From a virus, in the IMG/VR virus record IMGVR_UViG_3300047550_003584, positions 12,777-76,776 of that record: a DNA stretch of 64,000 nucleotides. The stretch is one strand, 5' to 3'. A program made the translations under genes and the position numbers. Of this stretch, positions 1 through 8,491 are shown in pieces (within the stretch, counting starts at the first letter, position 1; the number at the start of each line of letters is the position of its first letter). Below the pieces are notes generated by a model. That model was given only the letters and a program-made list of their open reading frames with translations, had not been told where the DNA came from and ran no database searches.

Positions 1-2778
1 ATAGTTGGTGAATTGCGCTCTAGGTATTGGGCGTAATTGAGGAGTTGTTTCTCCAGTAGAAAGTAAACCTTTAGCGCTTTGCGCTGCGGTACTAGCCGTA
101 AGAACTTCACCAGTGCGGCGATCACGTACAACTTGAGGAGCCGTTTCAATACGGGGCGCAAGATATGCAGTGGCCCCTTCGTAGTCATCAGTGATTGACA
201 TTGGATCAACGCCGCCTGTCCCACGAATATCAACTTGTCCAGGAATTGGGCGTGCTTCTTTGGACATATCTACAGCGGGTACCCGCCCTTTTGCTGTTCG
301 TTCATACAGTAAACCGCCTTTCTCGCCAATCTTGACAGGGCGCCCAAACACAGGGCTTTCTTTGGTAACTTGAATAACATTGCTCATAAATTCATGAGCT
401 GTTTTGGGATAGTATTTATTGCCGCTTACTTTTGATGTTTGTGGTTGAAGAATAGGTAACTTGTACCCACGAGCCTGTAAACTCTTGTCTAAAGACTCGA
501 TAATAAAATCGTTATAAGAAATAGCATTACCTATTTCGCTTAATACCTTACCCTGCATCATGCCTTCCTCTAAAAGGTTGGGATGACGCCGAGCAAGAAA
601 CTCACGCTTAACAGAAGGATTATTAAGATATTGATCCTTTGCTTCTTCGGCAAGTTCGGTCAACGTTGCCAGGGGGAGAGAAACGGCTTGTGGTTTTTGA
701 TTCTTAAGAAAAACATAAGGGCCTTTTGAGCCATCCGGATTAGTTGTACGCGTGCCGCGTTGTGCAATTAAAGGCTCTTCTCCGGTAACTTCAGTTGCAC
801 TGGAATAAGCATAATAACGGCCATCACTGCCTTTAACAATACGAGTGTCTTTTGGTCCCACAGCAGCGGTAGACCGTCGTGCTGTAGTTGGTTGTGTCGA
901 CACCATGGCAGAAGGTTCGCCAGTTGCAGGCTGGAAGCCACCAATCAAACGCGTAACAAGCCTATCTTCGTAATCACCTTCCACCATCATGGTTGGATCG
1001 GTAGGTCGTAAGCGCCCACTAGGATCGCGTTCAGACGCGCCTTCAAATACAAGGCGGCCAGTTCCAGGGTCAATCCTGAAACCACGCGACGTATCACCCT
1101 CTTCTGTGCTACGTGTTGGCATCACACGATCAATGCGTTCTTGACGTGTGTAAAGTTCTTCGTTACTACGATTTAACGGACGAACGGCCCTTGGAGATTG
1201 TGAGCCACCAACTGCAAGTTGGTATTGACCTGGGAGATCGGTGCGGCTCTTGCCAGTGCGTTCGTCAAATGTACGACTAAGAGTTAAACCACCAGGGCCT
1301 TCACCTTCACCAAGATCAGTGGCCCCTTCATAATCTTCCCAAGATACGGTCTCAACGTATGGGGTATCACCCGCATACTCGTCATAAACTACCTCTTGGG
1401 ACATTTGTGCGCGACGCGCGGCTTGTTCATCTTTCCAGCCAGGTACCTCAGTCATGCTTGCCCTAGCACCAGGGGTAATCTCGTGCGTTAAATTTCTACC
1501 AACACGGCCCTGTTCAACTCGCAAGGCACTCCCAAGTAGACCACGAATTTTTTCGGTTGGTACTGTTGGATTTAAAAGTAATTGATGTTCGTAGGAGCCA
1601 GGGGTAAAGTTAGCAGCCGCAGAAATACGGTCAGCAATCTCAAGTTTGGATACAGTCGTGGGCGCCGTGCGCTGAGGAGACACATAATTTTTTATAGAAG
1701 GCCCTTGAACGGCGTCTTCAAAATCAGTCATATCCACATCTGCACCAAAGAAACCAGCAGATTCAGGATCTTTAGAAGGACGAAGATCTAAGCCTATTTG
1801 CTTGCCAAAGATTTTTCGTTCTTTTGGCGACATTTCAGAGACGCCGGGAAGATCGCCCCGTGCTCCGGATAAGTTAAAACCTGCAAGAGGAGTATTACGA
1901 GTTTCTTGTTGACGCAAGAAATTACCAAGATCATCAAGCACATGCTCTGGTGGTCCATCGGACCAATCATTTATTTCAAATTCATACGATGCGCGTTTTA
2001 ATGAAGTTGTTGGATCTTCTAAATTTGTTTTTGGAGCACCCACTTGACCCATCTCAGCCATGAGCCTTTGCTGGCGTGGAGTCAATTGTTCAGCAACTCC
2101 TGTATATTTTTCAACAGCAACAATAGGTTTGCTATAACGAACGGAATCTACGTCACGTTGAACTACGGATTCAAGTTTGGAGTCAAGTTGATCCGAGCCG
2201 CTCTCCAGGGAGTCAAGCGTATTTTCTGCAACCACAGGTGTGGTTTTTTGTTGAATAGTAACTAGATCATCAACTGCCGCTCTAACAAAAGATTGGGCGT
2301 CTACTTCAGCAGGAGGAACGTCAAACTCTTCTGTACTTGGTTGTGCACGAGAAGCTGCCGTTACATCAGAAAAAGGAACTTCAACGTATTTAGAAAGGTC
2401 AACTGTAGAAGATTTAACAGCAGCTTTAGGTTGACTAAGGGCAACTTTTGAAGGAGCAGGCTCTGTTGAACGCAAAGGAGTCTCTTTGACCTTGGCAAGA
2501 TCAGTCAGATTCACACCCAAGGGGGCTTGTGATGTTTTTTGCGCCTCTCGCCCACGTAATGCACGGACACCAAGGAACCCACCACCCAAAATGCCAGCGC
2601 CGGCAAGAGCAGCTCCCACCGCACCAAGGAGATTACCGCCTTGATCAGGGGCTTTGAGCTGATTACGGCGAAATTCCAGAACCTCTGGAGCCATTTCAGC
2701 CCTTTCTTCCGGATCTTCTGGTACCGGCACCCCGGTTGCACGGCTGTAGGCGTAAAAATCAGCGGGTGCTAGTGCCAT
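1..2778 (-). CDS. Large hypothetical protein, probably virion/internal protein (>926 aa, runs off the window)
   Basis: Manually translated open frame from ATG at 2778 (MALAPADFYAYSRATGVPVPEDPEERAEM...) to the window edge (...RAQFTNY). Gly/Ala hydrophobic stretch near the N-terminus; TAAAAT box at 2815-2820. Absent from the ORF track because there is no stop in the window. Confidence 0.85.
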   Translation of the reverse strand, partial: MALAPADFYAYSRATGVPVPEDPEERAEMAPEVLEFRRNQLKAPDQGGNLLGAVGAALAGAGILGGGFLGVRALRGREAQKTSQAPLGVNLTDLAKVKETPLRSTEPAPSKVALSQPKAAVKSSTVDLSKYVEVPFSDVTAASRAQPSTEEFDVPPAEVDAQSFVRAAVDDLVTIQQKTTPVVAENTLDSLESGSDQLDSKLESVVQRDVDSVRYSKPIVAVEKYTGVAEQLTPRQQRLMAEMGQVGAPKTNLEDPTTSLKRASYEFEINDWSDGPPEHVLDDLGNFLRQQETRNTPLAGFNLSGARGDLPGVSEMSPKERKIFGKQIGLDLRPSKDPESAGFFGADVDMTDFEDAVQGPSIKNYVSPQRTAPTTVSKLEIADRISAAANFTPGSYEHQLLLNPTVPTEKIRGLLGSALRVEQGRVGRNLTHEITPGARASMTEVPGWKDEQAARRAQMSQEVVYDEYAGDTPYVETVSWEDYEGATDLGEGEGPGGLTLSRTFDERTGKSRTDLPGQYQLAVGGSQSPRAVRPLNRSNEELYTRQERIDRVMPTRSTEEGDTSRGFRIDPGTGRLVFEGASERDPSGRLRPTDPTMMVEGDYEDRLVTRLIGGFQPATGEPSAMVSTQPTTARRSTAAVGPKDTRIVKGSDGRYYAYSSATEVTGEEPLIAQRGTRTTNPDGSKGPYVFLKNQKPQAVSLPLATLTELAEEAKDQYLNNPSVKREFLARRHPNLLEEGMMQGKVLSEIGNAISYNDFIIESLDKSLQARGYKLPILQPQTSKVSGNKYYPKTAHEFMSNVIQVTKESPVFGRPVKIGEKGGLLYERTAKGRVPAVDMSKEARPIPGQVDIRGTGGVDPMSITDDYEGATAYLAPRIETAPQVVRDRRTGEVLTASTAAQSAKGLLSTGETTPQLRPIPRAQFTNY

Positions 2779-2900
2779 GGGTCGTTTATTTGCTTATGTG
2801 ATCCTGTTATTTGTATTTTAGGGTATTAAAACGCACGTAGATGCGTTAAAGTAGTAGCAGAAGACGTAAGAATACCCTGAATCTAGGGATTTAACACGAG

Positions 2901-3107
2901 ATGAACCCTAAAAACCGGGCAGAACGCGTTGTTGCGTTAGATGCAATTACCGAAGAAGCGGAAAAGTTAGCGGCAGGCGGCGCTGATCCCCTTACCGTCA
3001 AGAGTTTTACGGTTGGTGCCAGGAAAGAACTAGCCGATCAACGGCCAGATGTGGAAAATTACTTTGATGCAGCCGTTGCTGCAAAGAAAGCAAAGAACAG
3101 TTTTTGA
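2901..3107 (+). CDS. Small hypothetical protein
   Basis: 68-aa ORF divergent from the large ORF, followed by a terminator. Confidence 0.75.
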   Translation: MNPKNRAERVVALDAITEEAEKLAAGGADPLTVKSFTVGARKELADQRPDVENYFDAAVAAKKAKNSF

Positions 3108-3139
3108 TTTTAGGTAACACAAAAGTAAATTCACATACA

Positions 3140-3167
3140 GCCGGGGATAATACCCCGGCATTTTTGT
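3140..3167 (+). terminator. Rho-independent terminator
   Basis: GCCGGGG-ATAATA-CCCCGGC followed by ATTTTT. Confidence 0.75.
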
Positions 3168-3399
3168 CTGTAAATTAGGGTAAAACCTTAAATAACGCGA
3201 CACTTTTTAGGTTTTGGTACGTTGTGATACAAAAGAAGGCCCCCTATAGGGTCGAAAAAGGATAAAAAATTATCTGAGCCTTCTCCAACACCCCACGCGT
3301 AGCGAAATACGTATAGAAAAAAAGAAAGGTGTGAGGGGTTGAAATAGTTATCGGGGGCTGCGCATCCGTGTAACGCAGAGTACCACCGCATTCAACACC

Positions 3400-3636
3400 A
3401 TGACAGACCGTATGCAGCGTTTTGAGACAGCAGCGGAAGCACTTGTCGCTGGCCGTAAGGTTAGCGTACCAGTTCGTGAGCTGCCACAAGGTAACGTGCA
3501 GGCTTGGCTAGCCGAGCTACGTAGTTACGTCATCTTTGGTCACACTGATCCAGGAGATGAAGTGACTTATCGAGTGTACGTTACCGTTAAGGAAGGCCGA
3601 GCAATTGCTCAGGCCAAGCTGACATACATCGATTGA
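3400..3636 (+). CDS. Hypothetical early protein
   Basis: 78-aa ORF preceded by the TTCAACACC leader typical of this region. Confidence 0.75.
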   Translation: MTDRMQRFETAAEALVAGRKVSVPVRELPQGNVQAWLAELRSYVIFGHTDPGDEVTYRVYVTVKEGRAIAQAKLTYID

Positions 3637-3790
3637 AGGTTACCTCTTCCCCTGGTGAAAGCCAGGGGTTTATGTAGCCCTCAATACCTGCTTCGTTGAT
3701 ACGAATTCGTATCGCGCGTGCGGGTTTTTGGGTATTCGCGGCACCGCTTCGCCAAGAACCGTTCTCGCGCAAGGGATCTCAGCGATTGCT

Positions 3791-3815
3791 CGTCAAGCTG
3801 GACGTTAAACGCAGC
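3791..3815 (+). repeat. Family A pseudoknot-type element (A1, divergent)
   Basis: CGTC-AAGCTG-GACG-TTAAAC-GCAGC; loop GCTG pairs with downstream CAGC. Confidence 0.7.
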
Positions 3816-3840
3816 AGACAACTCGGCGGTTGGTCACGAC

Positions 3841-3874
3841 CTTGGCATCCACACTTCAGTGGTGTAAGACCAAG
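3841..3874 (+). repeat. Family B bulged-stem element (B1)
   Basis: CTTGG-CATCCAC-ACTTCA-GTGGTG-TAAGA-CCAAG; compensatory variant of CTGGG/CCCAG. Confidence 0.75.
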
Positions 3875-3895
3875 CTCAACCTACGGAGTAACACC

Positions 3896-4057
3896 GTGAC
3901 CATCAACCCCACCAAGCTGCTCTCTCGTGAAGAGGTTGGCGACAAGATCATGCTTGAGATCCTTGATCTCCTTGAGCATGGTCATAGCCAGACTCTCGGT
4001 GAGCAGCACCTCCAGGTCATTAAGTCCTACGTGGACGAGATGCTGGAGAACAACTGA
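3896..4057 (+). CDS. Hypothetical early protein
   Basis: GTG start after leader; MTINPTKLLSREEVGDK... Confidence 0.7.
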   Translation: MTINPTKLLSREEVGDKIMLEILDLLEHGHSQTLGEQHLQVIKSYVDEMLENN

Positions 4058-4121
4058 TCCGTTAAAGCGGGTGACCAGGTGCAAACCCTGGTCCAGTTAT
4101 TGCCCCCTGTGGAGATGGGCA
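4052..4121 (+). repeat. Family D T-loop three-way-junction element (D1)
   Basis: AACTG/CAGTT closing stem, CCG-TTAAAG-CGG, GACCAGG-TGCAAAC-CCTGGTC, then a TATTGCCC..GGGCA hairpin. Confidence 0.75.
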
Positions 4122-4142
4122 CCACACACACGGAGAACACCC

Positions 4143-4424
4143 GTGATTGACCTGACTACTGGTTGGGTATCGCATCCTAATGTACCAGGTGGTTTCCACT
4201 TGGTTTACATCGATAGCCTCGTTGGCGAAATCTCTATCGTTACTGGACCCAAGGGTTCAGGACTGATGGCAGCCAACGATCCAGGTAATGAACCTACCTA
4301 TGAGGTATGGTTTCCAGGTATGTGCGACCCGACCGGTTACCTGACTCTTGCCCAAGTGAAAGGCATAATCATGTTCATGCGTCAGCGTGAGCAACAACGC
4401 CTTGCTTGGCAAGATGAAGACTGA
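4143..4424 (+). CDS. Hypothetical early protein
   Basis: GTG start; MIDLTTGWVSHPNVPGG...TYEVWFPG. Confidence 0.75.
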   Translation: MIDLTTGWVSHPNVPGGFHLVYIDSLVGEISIVTGPKGSGLMAANDPGNEPTYEVWFPGMCDPTGYLTLAQVKGIIMFMRQREQQRLAWQDED

Positions 4425-4487
4425 GTCCGTATAAGCGGCATTGGCAGGTGCAAACCCTGCCTTCAGTATTGCCACAATCCAGTGGCA
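4420..4487 (+). repeat. Family D element (D2)
   Basis: ACTGA/TCAGT, CCG-TATAAG-CGG, GGCAGG-TGCAAAC-CCTGCC, then GCCAC/GTGGC hairpin. Confidence 0.75.
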
Positions 4488-4505
4488 CCTACCTTATTCA
4501 ACACC

Positions 4506-4667
4506 ATGACTTACACCGTCATCATCAAGCATCACGACGTATTCTCTCAGTCCTATCTCCAGGGCTGTGAGCAATCGTTTGATACTGAGCAGCAAGCTCA
4601 GGACTACATTCAAACATTTGAGGATTGGGAACAAGATCTCCTGGAGATTGACTTCAATCCTTTCTGA
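4506..4667 (+). CDS. Hypothetical early protein
   Basis: MTYTVIIK..., acidic, 53 aa. Confidence 0.7.
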   Translation: MTYTVIIKHHDVFSQSYLQGCEQSFDTEQQAQDYIQTFEDWEQDLLEIDFNPF

Positions 4668-4728
4668 GTAACAGGCGTGATGCCGGGGGATCGAATCCCC
4701 CACTCAGTATTGCCACAACTCAGTGGCA
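4664..4728 (+). repeat. Family D element (D3)
   Basis: CTGAGT/ACTCAG, GGC..GCC, GGGGG-ATCGAAT-CCCCC T-loop, then GCCAC/GTGGC hairpin. Confidence 0.75.
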
Positions 4729-4748
4729 TTCACCTACACCACACCACC

Positions 4749-4937
4749 GTGATCAAAAGCGAATCCGTATTTGCATCTATCATCGTTACTGCATTTGGGC
4801 TAGGCATCCTTGCTGGCCCAGTCGCTGGGTACTTCATTGATCGGGCAACTGCCAAGCAATGCATCACCCATGACTGGCCTAAGGAGGCTAACCAAGTGCA
4901 TCGTGATTGGTGCATTACCAACGGCTACAAGATCTAA
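4749..4937 (+). CDS. Small membrane protein
   Basis: GTG start; N-terminal TM helix and a Cys pair. Confidence 0.7.
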   Translation: MIKSESVFASIIVTAFGLGILAGPVAGYFIDRATAKQCITHDWPKEANQVHRDWCITNGYKI

Positions 4938-4939
4938 GA

Positions 4940-4987
4940 CTCCTGCTCTGGGGACTACGGTCCCCTCAACAGGACTCAACATCCTGT
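4940..4987 (+). repeat. Family C element (C1)
   Basis: TCCTG...GGGGAC-TACG-GTCCCC...ACAGGA-CTCAACA-TCCTGT. Confidence 0.7.
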
Positions 4988-5009
4988 ATCCCACTGCTAA
5001 CTCAACACC

Positions 5010-5219
5010 ATGTCAATGATCAAGCACTGCACTGTCGTACTTTCCAACGGCAACGTCGTTGGGATGCATGCAAACGAAGCAGATGCAGAAATGCAAGCAA
5101 TGGAGCTGGCATACGAATGGCGCAGACAATCTGACTGCGGCTCTGAAGTACCAGCGCCTAGGCTTGCCGTCCTGTCATTCAATGACTGGATGCAACTGCA
5201 GAAAGAGTTTGCATTCTGA
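5010..5219 (+). CDS. Hypothetical early protein
   Basis: 69-aa ORF with CTCAACACC leader. Confidence 0.7.
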   Translation: MSMIKHCTVVLSNGNVVGMHANEADAEMQAMELAYEWRRQSDCGSEVPAPRLAVLSFNDWMQLQKEFAF

Positions 5220-5220
5220 C

Positions 5221-5293
5221 TCCTGCACTTAACCCTTCCGTTGTGGTATGTATGTACTACGACGGTGGGTTTTCTGCAGGCAATCAAGCCTGC
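5221..5293 (+). repeat. Family C element (C2)
   Basis: TCCTGCA-CTT-AACCC-[long hairpin]-GGGTT-TTC-TGCAGG-N8-CCTGC. Confidence 0.75.
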
Positions 5294-5313
5294 TATCCAA
5301 CTCAACTCAGACC

Positions 5314-5502
5314 ATGACTGCATTACACATCCGCAAGAACATTGCAGCACTGCTGGTCAACACAGCTGCTGCTGTAGAGAATGCCAAGCTTCCTGACAAG
5401 GAGGCTGCTCGTACCAAGCTGCATGACATCCGTTGTCGTGCAGCGGCACTCATGATGCCGAACGATATGGCATTCGTCATCACTCCCAAGAACAACATCT
5501 GA
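5314..5502 (+). CDS. Hypothetical early protein
   Basis: MTALHIRKNIAALL... Confidence 0.7.
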   Translation: MTALHIRKNIAALLVNTAAAVENAKLPDKEAARTKLHDIRCRAAALMMPNDMAFVITPKNNI

Positions 5503-5505
5503 TCC

Positions 5506-5709
5506 ATGTCAAACAATCACTTCTTTGATTCCTGTGTGGCTATCATTCTTGGCACTAGCGTGGGCTTACTCGCTTCTGTTGGAGCGCAGAAGCTTCTCAA
5601 CAGACACTACCAAGCAACGTGCCATGACCGACCAGGACACAATTTGATCTACACCCAAGGATTCTTGGGTGATACGTACTACTGCATCAACAGTAAGTAC
5701 ATGAACTGA
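5506..5709 (+). CDS. Small membrane protein
   Basis: TM helix plus C-terminal C...GDTYYC. Confidence 0.7.
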   Translation: MSNNHFFDSCVAIILGTSVGLLASVGAQKLLNRHYQATCHDRPGHNLIYTQGFLGDTYYCINSKYMN

Positions 5710-5710
5710 T

Positions 5711-5783
5711 CTCTGCACTTAACCTTTCCGTCTTGATACGAATTCATATCGGACGGTAGGTTTTCTGCAGGGTTCTCCCTGCA
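5711..5783 (+). repeat. Family C element (C3)
   Basis: CTCTGCA-CTT-AACCT-[hairpin]-AGGTT-TTC-TGCAGGG-TTCT-CCCTGCA. Confidence 0.75.
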
Positions 5784-5814
5784 CTACACCACACGACACC
5801 ACCAGGACTCAACC

Positions 5815-6060
5815 ATGACTCCTAAAGCTGTTGAACAACTGCTGACCCAAGACGCACGTCTATTGGCTCGCAGAGACTCCCCTGCCATTGACCAAGAGAT
5901 TGAAGAACAGCGTCAAGCTGCTCTCGATCTTTTCTTCCAATGGCAAGATGGGTTAGCCCAGTTTCAAGACCTAGTTCCCTTCGTTGCCATCGTGCAGCGT
6001 AAAGTAGATCTCAACCGGGATCTGCTGCGGTGGGAACGCAAGCAACTGGAACAAGACTGA
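5815..6060 (+). CDS. Hypothetical early protein
   Basis: 81-aa helical ORF. Confidence 0.75.
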   Translation: MTPKAVEQLLTQDARLLARRDSPAIDQEIEEQRQAALDLFFQWQDGLAQFQDLVPFVAIVQRKVDLNRDLLRWERKQLEQD

Positions 6061-6111
6061 CTCTTGCACTGAGGGCCTCCGGGCCTTCTCTGCAGGACTC
6101 AACATCCTGCA
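6061..6111 (+). repeat. Family C element (C4)
   Basis: TCTTGCA-CT-GAGGGCC-TCCG-GGCCTTC-TC-TGCAGGA-CTCAACA-TCCTGCA. Confidence 0.75.
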
Positions 6112-6136
6112 CCTAATCTTTATCTCAATTTAACCA

Positions 6137-6418
6137 ATGGCACTAACACTTACGCCACGTGAAATTTTTGATGCATTGCAACCTATCAATGCAAATTCAG
6201 ATGCTTGTTACTTGGAATTTACAGGTGACATTGTTTATTTGCATTGGACCACAGATAAGGAGAACGCTCAAATGTATGTAGACAACATCTTTGAGTGTTT
6301 AGATATCAAACTCTATGGTCATTGGGTAGACATCTGCGGGCAACACGAACGTGGTACCCCAGTTACATTGCCTAATGCAGCTTTGTTTGATTGTCGTTAT
6401 ATCCTTGCAACCAACTGA
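6137..6418 (+). CDS. Hypothetical protein
   Basis: 93-aa ORF in the operon. Confidence 0.7.
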   Translation: MALTLTPREIFDALQPINANSDACYLEFTGDIVYLHWTTDKENAQMYVDNIFECLDIKLYGHWVDICGQHERGTPVTLPNAALFDCRYILATN

Positions 6419-6419
6419 T

Positions 6420-6623
6420 ATGAGGACAATCTACTCCATGGGCAAGGGCAAGTATATCCATTTGGATTCTTACGGTGAGTCTCATGAGACGCGCCGTTGG
6501 TCTATTGCCATTGCCACCTTCTCCCTCATCATCGCCACCATCACCGCTACAGCGTTGGTTGGCGTTGATATGACACAACTCAATCCTCAACCTATCCAGG
6601 GACAAATCAATGAATCTCGCTGA
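6420..6623 (+). CDS. Small membrane protein
   Basis: MRTIYSMGKG..., one TM helix. Confidence 0.7.
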   Translation: MRTIYSMGKGKYIHLDSYGESHETRRWSIAIATFSLIIATITATALVGVDMTQLNPQPIQGQINESR

Positions 6624-6957
6624 ACACACTCAAGTCCTCGAAGCACGTATCAATGCTTTGATTGATAAGCTGCTCGAGAAGTACCACAAACAGTACGGAG
6701 AACTGGGCATCGAGTTTGACATTGTATGTGGCACTAAGTACTACAAGATCATTCAACGTAACATCAGACGTAACTGTCTTGGTGGCTACGAAGGCAGTGT
6801 CCATGCATTTGTCCACAGACAATCAGGTGCTGTCTACAAGCCTGCTTCGTGGAAAGCACCGGCCAAACACGTACGTTACAACTTGCTTGATGACGTATCA
6901 TATGGGACCTGCCTACACAATGCCGACTGGGCAGGCAGCTATCTGTACATGAAATAG
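6610..6957 (+). CDS. Conserved cyanophage hypothetical protein
   Basis: KYYKI...SVHAFV...GAVYKPASWKAPAKHVRYNLL...ADWAGSYLY motif, common in cyanophages. Confidence 0.85.
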   Translation: MNLAEHTQVLEARINALIDKLLEKYHKQYGELGIEFDIVCGTKYYKIIQRNIRRNCLGGYEGSVHAFVHRQSGAVYKPASWKAPAKHVRYNLLDDVSYGTCLHNADWAGSYLYMK

Positions 6958-6965
6958 CTACAATT

Positions 6966-7005
6966 CCCTGGGCATCCTCACGTAAGTGAGGTATAAGTCC
7001 CAGGG
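6966..7005 (+). repeat. Family B element (B2)
   Basis: CCCTGGG-CATC-CTCAC-GTAA-GTGAG-GTATAAGT-CCCAGGG. Confidence 0.8.
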
Positions 7006-7034
7006 GTTACATCATTTCAACCCAACATCTAACC

Positions 7035-7409
7035 ATGCGCAATCGCATCTCACTCGTCAAAGAAGATCGGATCTGGCATCTTAGGTGCCAGGGCTATGGC
7101 TACGAATCAATCGGCAGCATTGTCAACTGCAATCCTGGTTACATGACGATTATCTTACGTCGTGTAAGGCAGCGTCCACCGATTGAAGAAGATCCGATCA
7201 AACGAGGAAGAAGAACGAACTTCCTAAGTGATGCACAAGTAGATGACATTAGAGCACGCAAGGCCAAAGGCGAGACTTGTCATTCAATCTCCAAGGATTA
7301 TGACTTAAGTGAGTCCGCCATCTGGAACATTGCAAACCATGTCACCTACAAAGAACCAGCTTATGACAGCGGTTATCATTACAACTTTAGTAATCGGCTA
7401 ACACGCTGA
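7035..7409 (+). CDS. Putative DNA-binding protein (tandem HTH)
   Basis: Two HTH-like segments (GYGYESIGSIVNC; GETCHSISKDYDLSESAIWNI). Confidence 0.7.
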   Translation: MRNRISLVKEDRIWHLRCQGYGYESIGSIVNCNPGYMTIILRRVRQRPPIEEDPIKRGRRTNFLSDAQVDDIRARKAKGETCHSISKDYDLSESAIWNIANHVTYKEPAYDSGYHYNFSNRLTR

Positions 7410-7413
7410 TCAA

Positions 7414-7466
7414 CCTGGGCATCCACAATTGAGAACTCTTCTCAATAACGTGGTGTAAGTCCCTGG
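7414..7466 (+). repeat. Family B element (B3) carrying a Fur-box-like palindrome
   Basis: CCTGGG-CATCCAC-[ATTGAGAACTCTTCTCAAT]-GTGGTGTAAGT-CCCTGG. Confidence 0.75.
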
Positions 7467-7495
7467 CTTACTGTCCATCTCACTCAACTCACACC

Positions 7496-7642
7496 ATGAG
7501 AGACCCTAATTTCATTGACGAGCAACGTAACGCTGATTTGCTTGATGCCATGGCTGATCTTGCGTACCAGCAGGAGCAAGCCATGCGTGAAGAATACGAA
7601 CTCAACCCACCAGAACAGGAGACTTACGATGACCAAGCCTAA
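7496..7642 (+). CDS. Small acidic protein
   Basis: MRDPNFIDEQRNADLLDAMADLAY... (48 aa, below the ORF-track cutoff) with typical leader. Confidence 0.7.
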   Translation: MRDPNFIDEQRNADLLDAMADLAYQQEQAMREEYELNPPEQETYDDQA

Positions 7643-8060
7643 GTACACACTACGGCAAGCATGGGATGACGGTGACATCATCGTCATCCTGATCGCAATC
7701 ATCTCAATTATCATCACGGAGTTTGCATCATGTCTTACATCTCAGAACTCAAGAAGTTCTACCCCAAGTCCTACAAAGTGCGTTACGCAGTCAACGCCTA
7801 TAAGGTCCACAAGTACTTCGAACACGAAGATCCAACGGTCATTGTTATCCACGAAGTCAGGCTCTGCTACGGCGGACCAGAGGAAGGTGGATGGTGGTAC
7901 CACGCAGGAGACCCTGTCCTCAGCCACTGCATCTTTTCCAAGAAGCAGGCGATCCAAACCTTCATCCAGTACTTCGAAGAGTACGAGATCGAAGGGCAGC
8001 CGTCTCTTGGAGATACAACAACTCGATCCAACATCGAGCTTAGCTTCTCCAACGAGCTAG
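7629..8060 (+). CDS. Possible membrane protein with Ser/Thr-rich tail overlapping the next gene
   Basis: MTKPKYTLRQAWDDGD plus a TM helix; the tail is in another frame over 7730-8098. Confidence 0.45.
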   Translation: MTKPKYTLRQAWDDGDIIVILIAIISIIITEFASCLTSQNSRSSTPSPTKCVTQSTPIRSTSTSNTKIQRSLLSTKSGSATADQRKVDGGTTQETLSSATASFPRSRRSKPSSSTSKSTRSKGSRLLEIQQLDPTSSLASPTS

Positions 8061-8098
8061 CTAAGGCGTATCCTGAGTCCCGTCCACACTATTGCTAA
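7730..8098 (+). CDS. Conserved phage hypothetical protein
   Basis: YGGPEEGGWWY and C-terminal YPESRPHYC motifs. Confidence 0.8.
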   Translation: MSYISELKKFYPKSYKVRYAVNAYKVHKYFEHEDPTVIVIHEVRLCYGGPEEGGWWYHAGDPVLSHCIFSKKQAIQTFIQYFEEYEIEGQPSLGDTTTRSNIELSFSNELAKAYPESRPHYC

Positions 8099-8101
8099 GC
8101 C

Positions 8102-8344
8102 ATGCCAGCAACAACACTACCTGCACTCAGCATCAATCAACGCAACCTCTACGCATACTTCCTGAATCACAGGAAGAAGTATGGGAATACACCATGTTTT
8201 GTACCTAAGCTTCCAGCGCAAAGCTCAAGGCTTGAGCAATATCTCCAGGCCTTGGTGCGACTGGAAGAATACGGATTGATACGTGTAGACAGAAGCAGTG
8301 ATAACTACACAGCATGGATCATGCTTGCGCCTAAGAGCGCATGA
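8102..8344 (+). CDS. Hypothetical protein, winged-helix-like
   Basis: LSINQRNLYAYF...ALVRLEEYGLIRV. Confidence 0.7.
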   Translation: MPATTLPALSINQRNLYAYFLNHRKKYGNTPCFVPKLPAQSSRLEQYLQALVRLEEYGLIRVDRSSDNYTAWIMLAPKSA

Positions 8345-8420
8345 CGTAGGTATTTATACTTAATATTGTTTGCTATTGGAAAATAGCCAATACATGCCAA
8401 TACTTCAGTCATAGCCTCAC

Positions 8421-8463
8421 TCCTGGGCAGCACCGATGTAAGTACGGTGTATAAGTCCCAGGA
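8421..8463 (+). repeat. Family B element (B4)
   Basis: TCCTGGG-CAG-CACCG-N9-CGGTG-TATAAGT-CCCAGGA. Confidence 0.8.
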
Positions 8464-8491
8464 TTTACCTCAACCCAACTTCACATCAACT

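Noticed and set aside
4052-4728. Family D as hammerhead or twister-sister ribozymes, or real tRNAs
   Set aside because: No CUGANGA/GAAA core, no twister-sister cleavage loop, no anticodon arm or CCA; CTGA is explained by the stop codon
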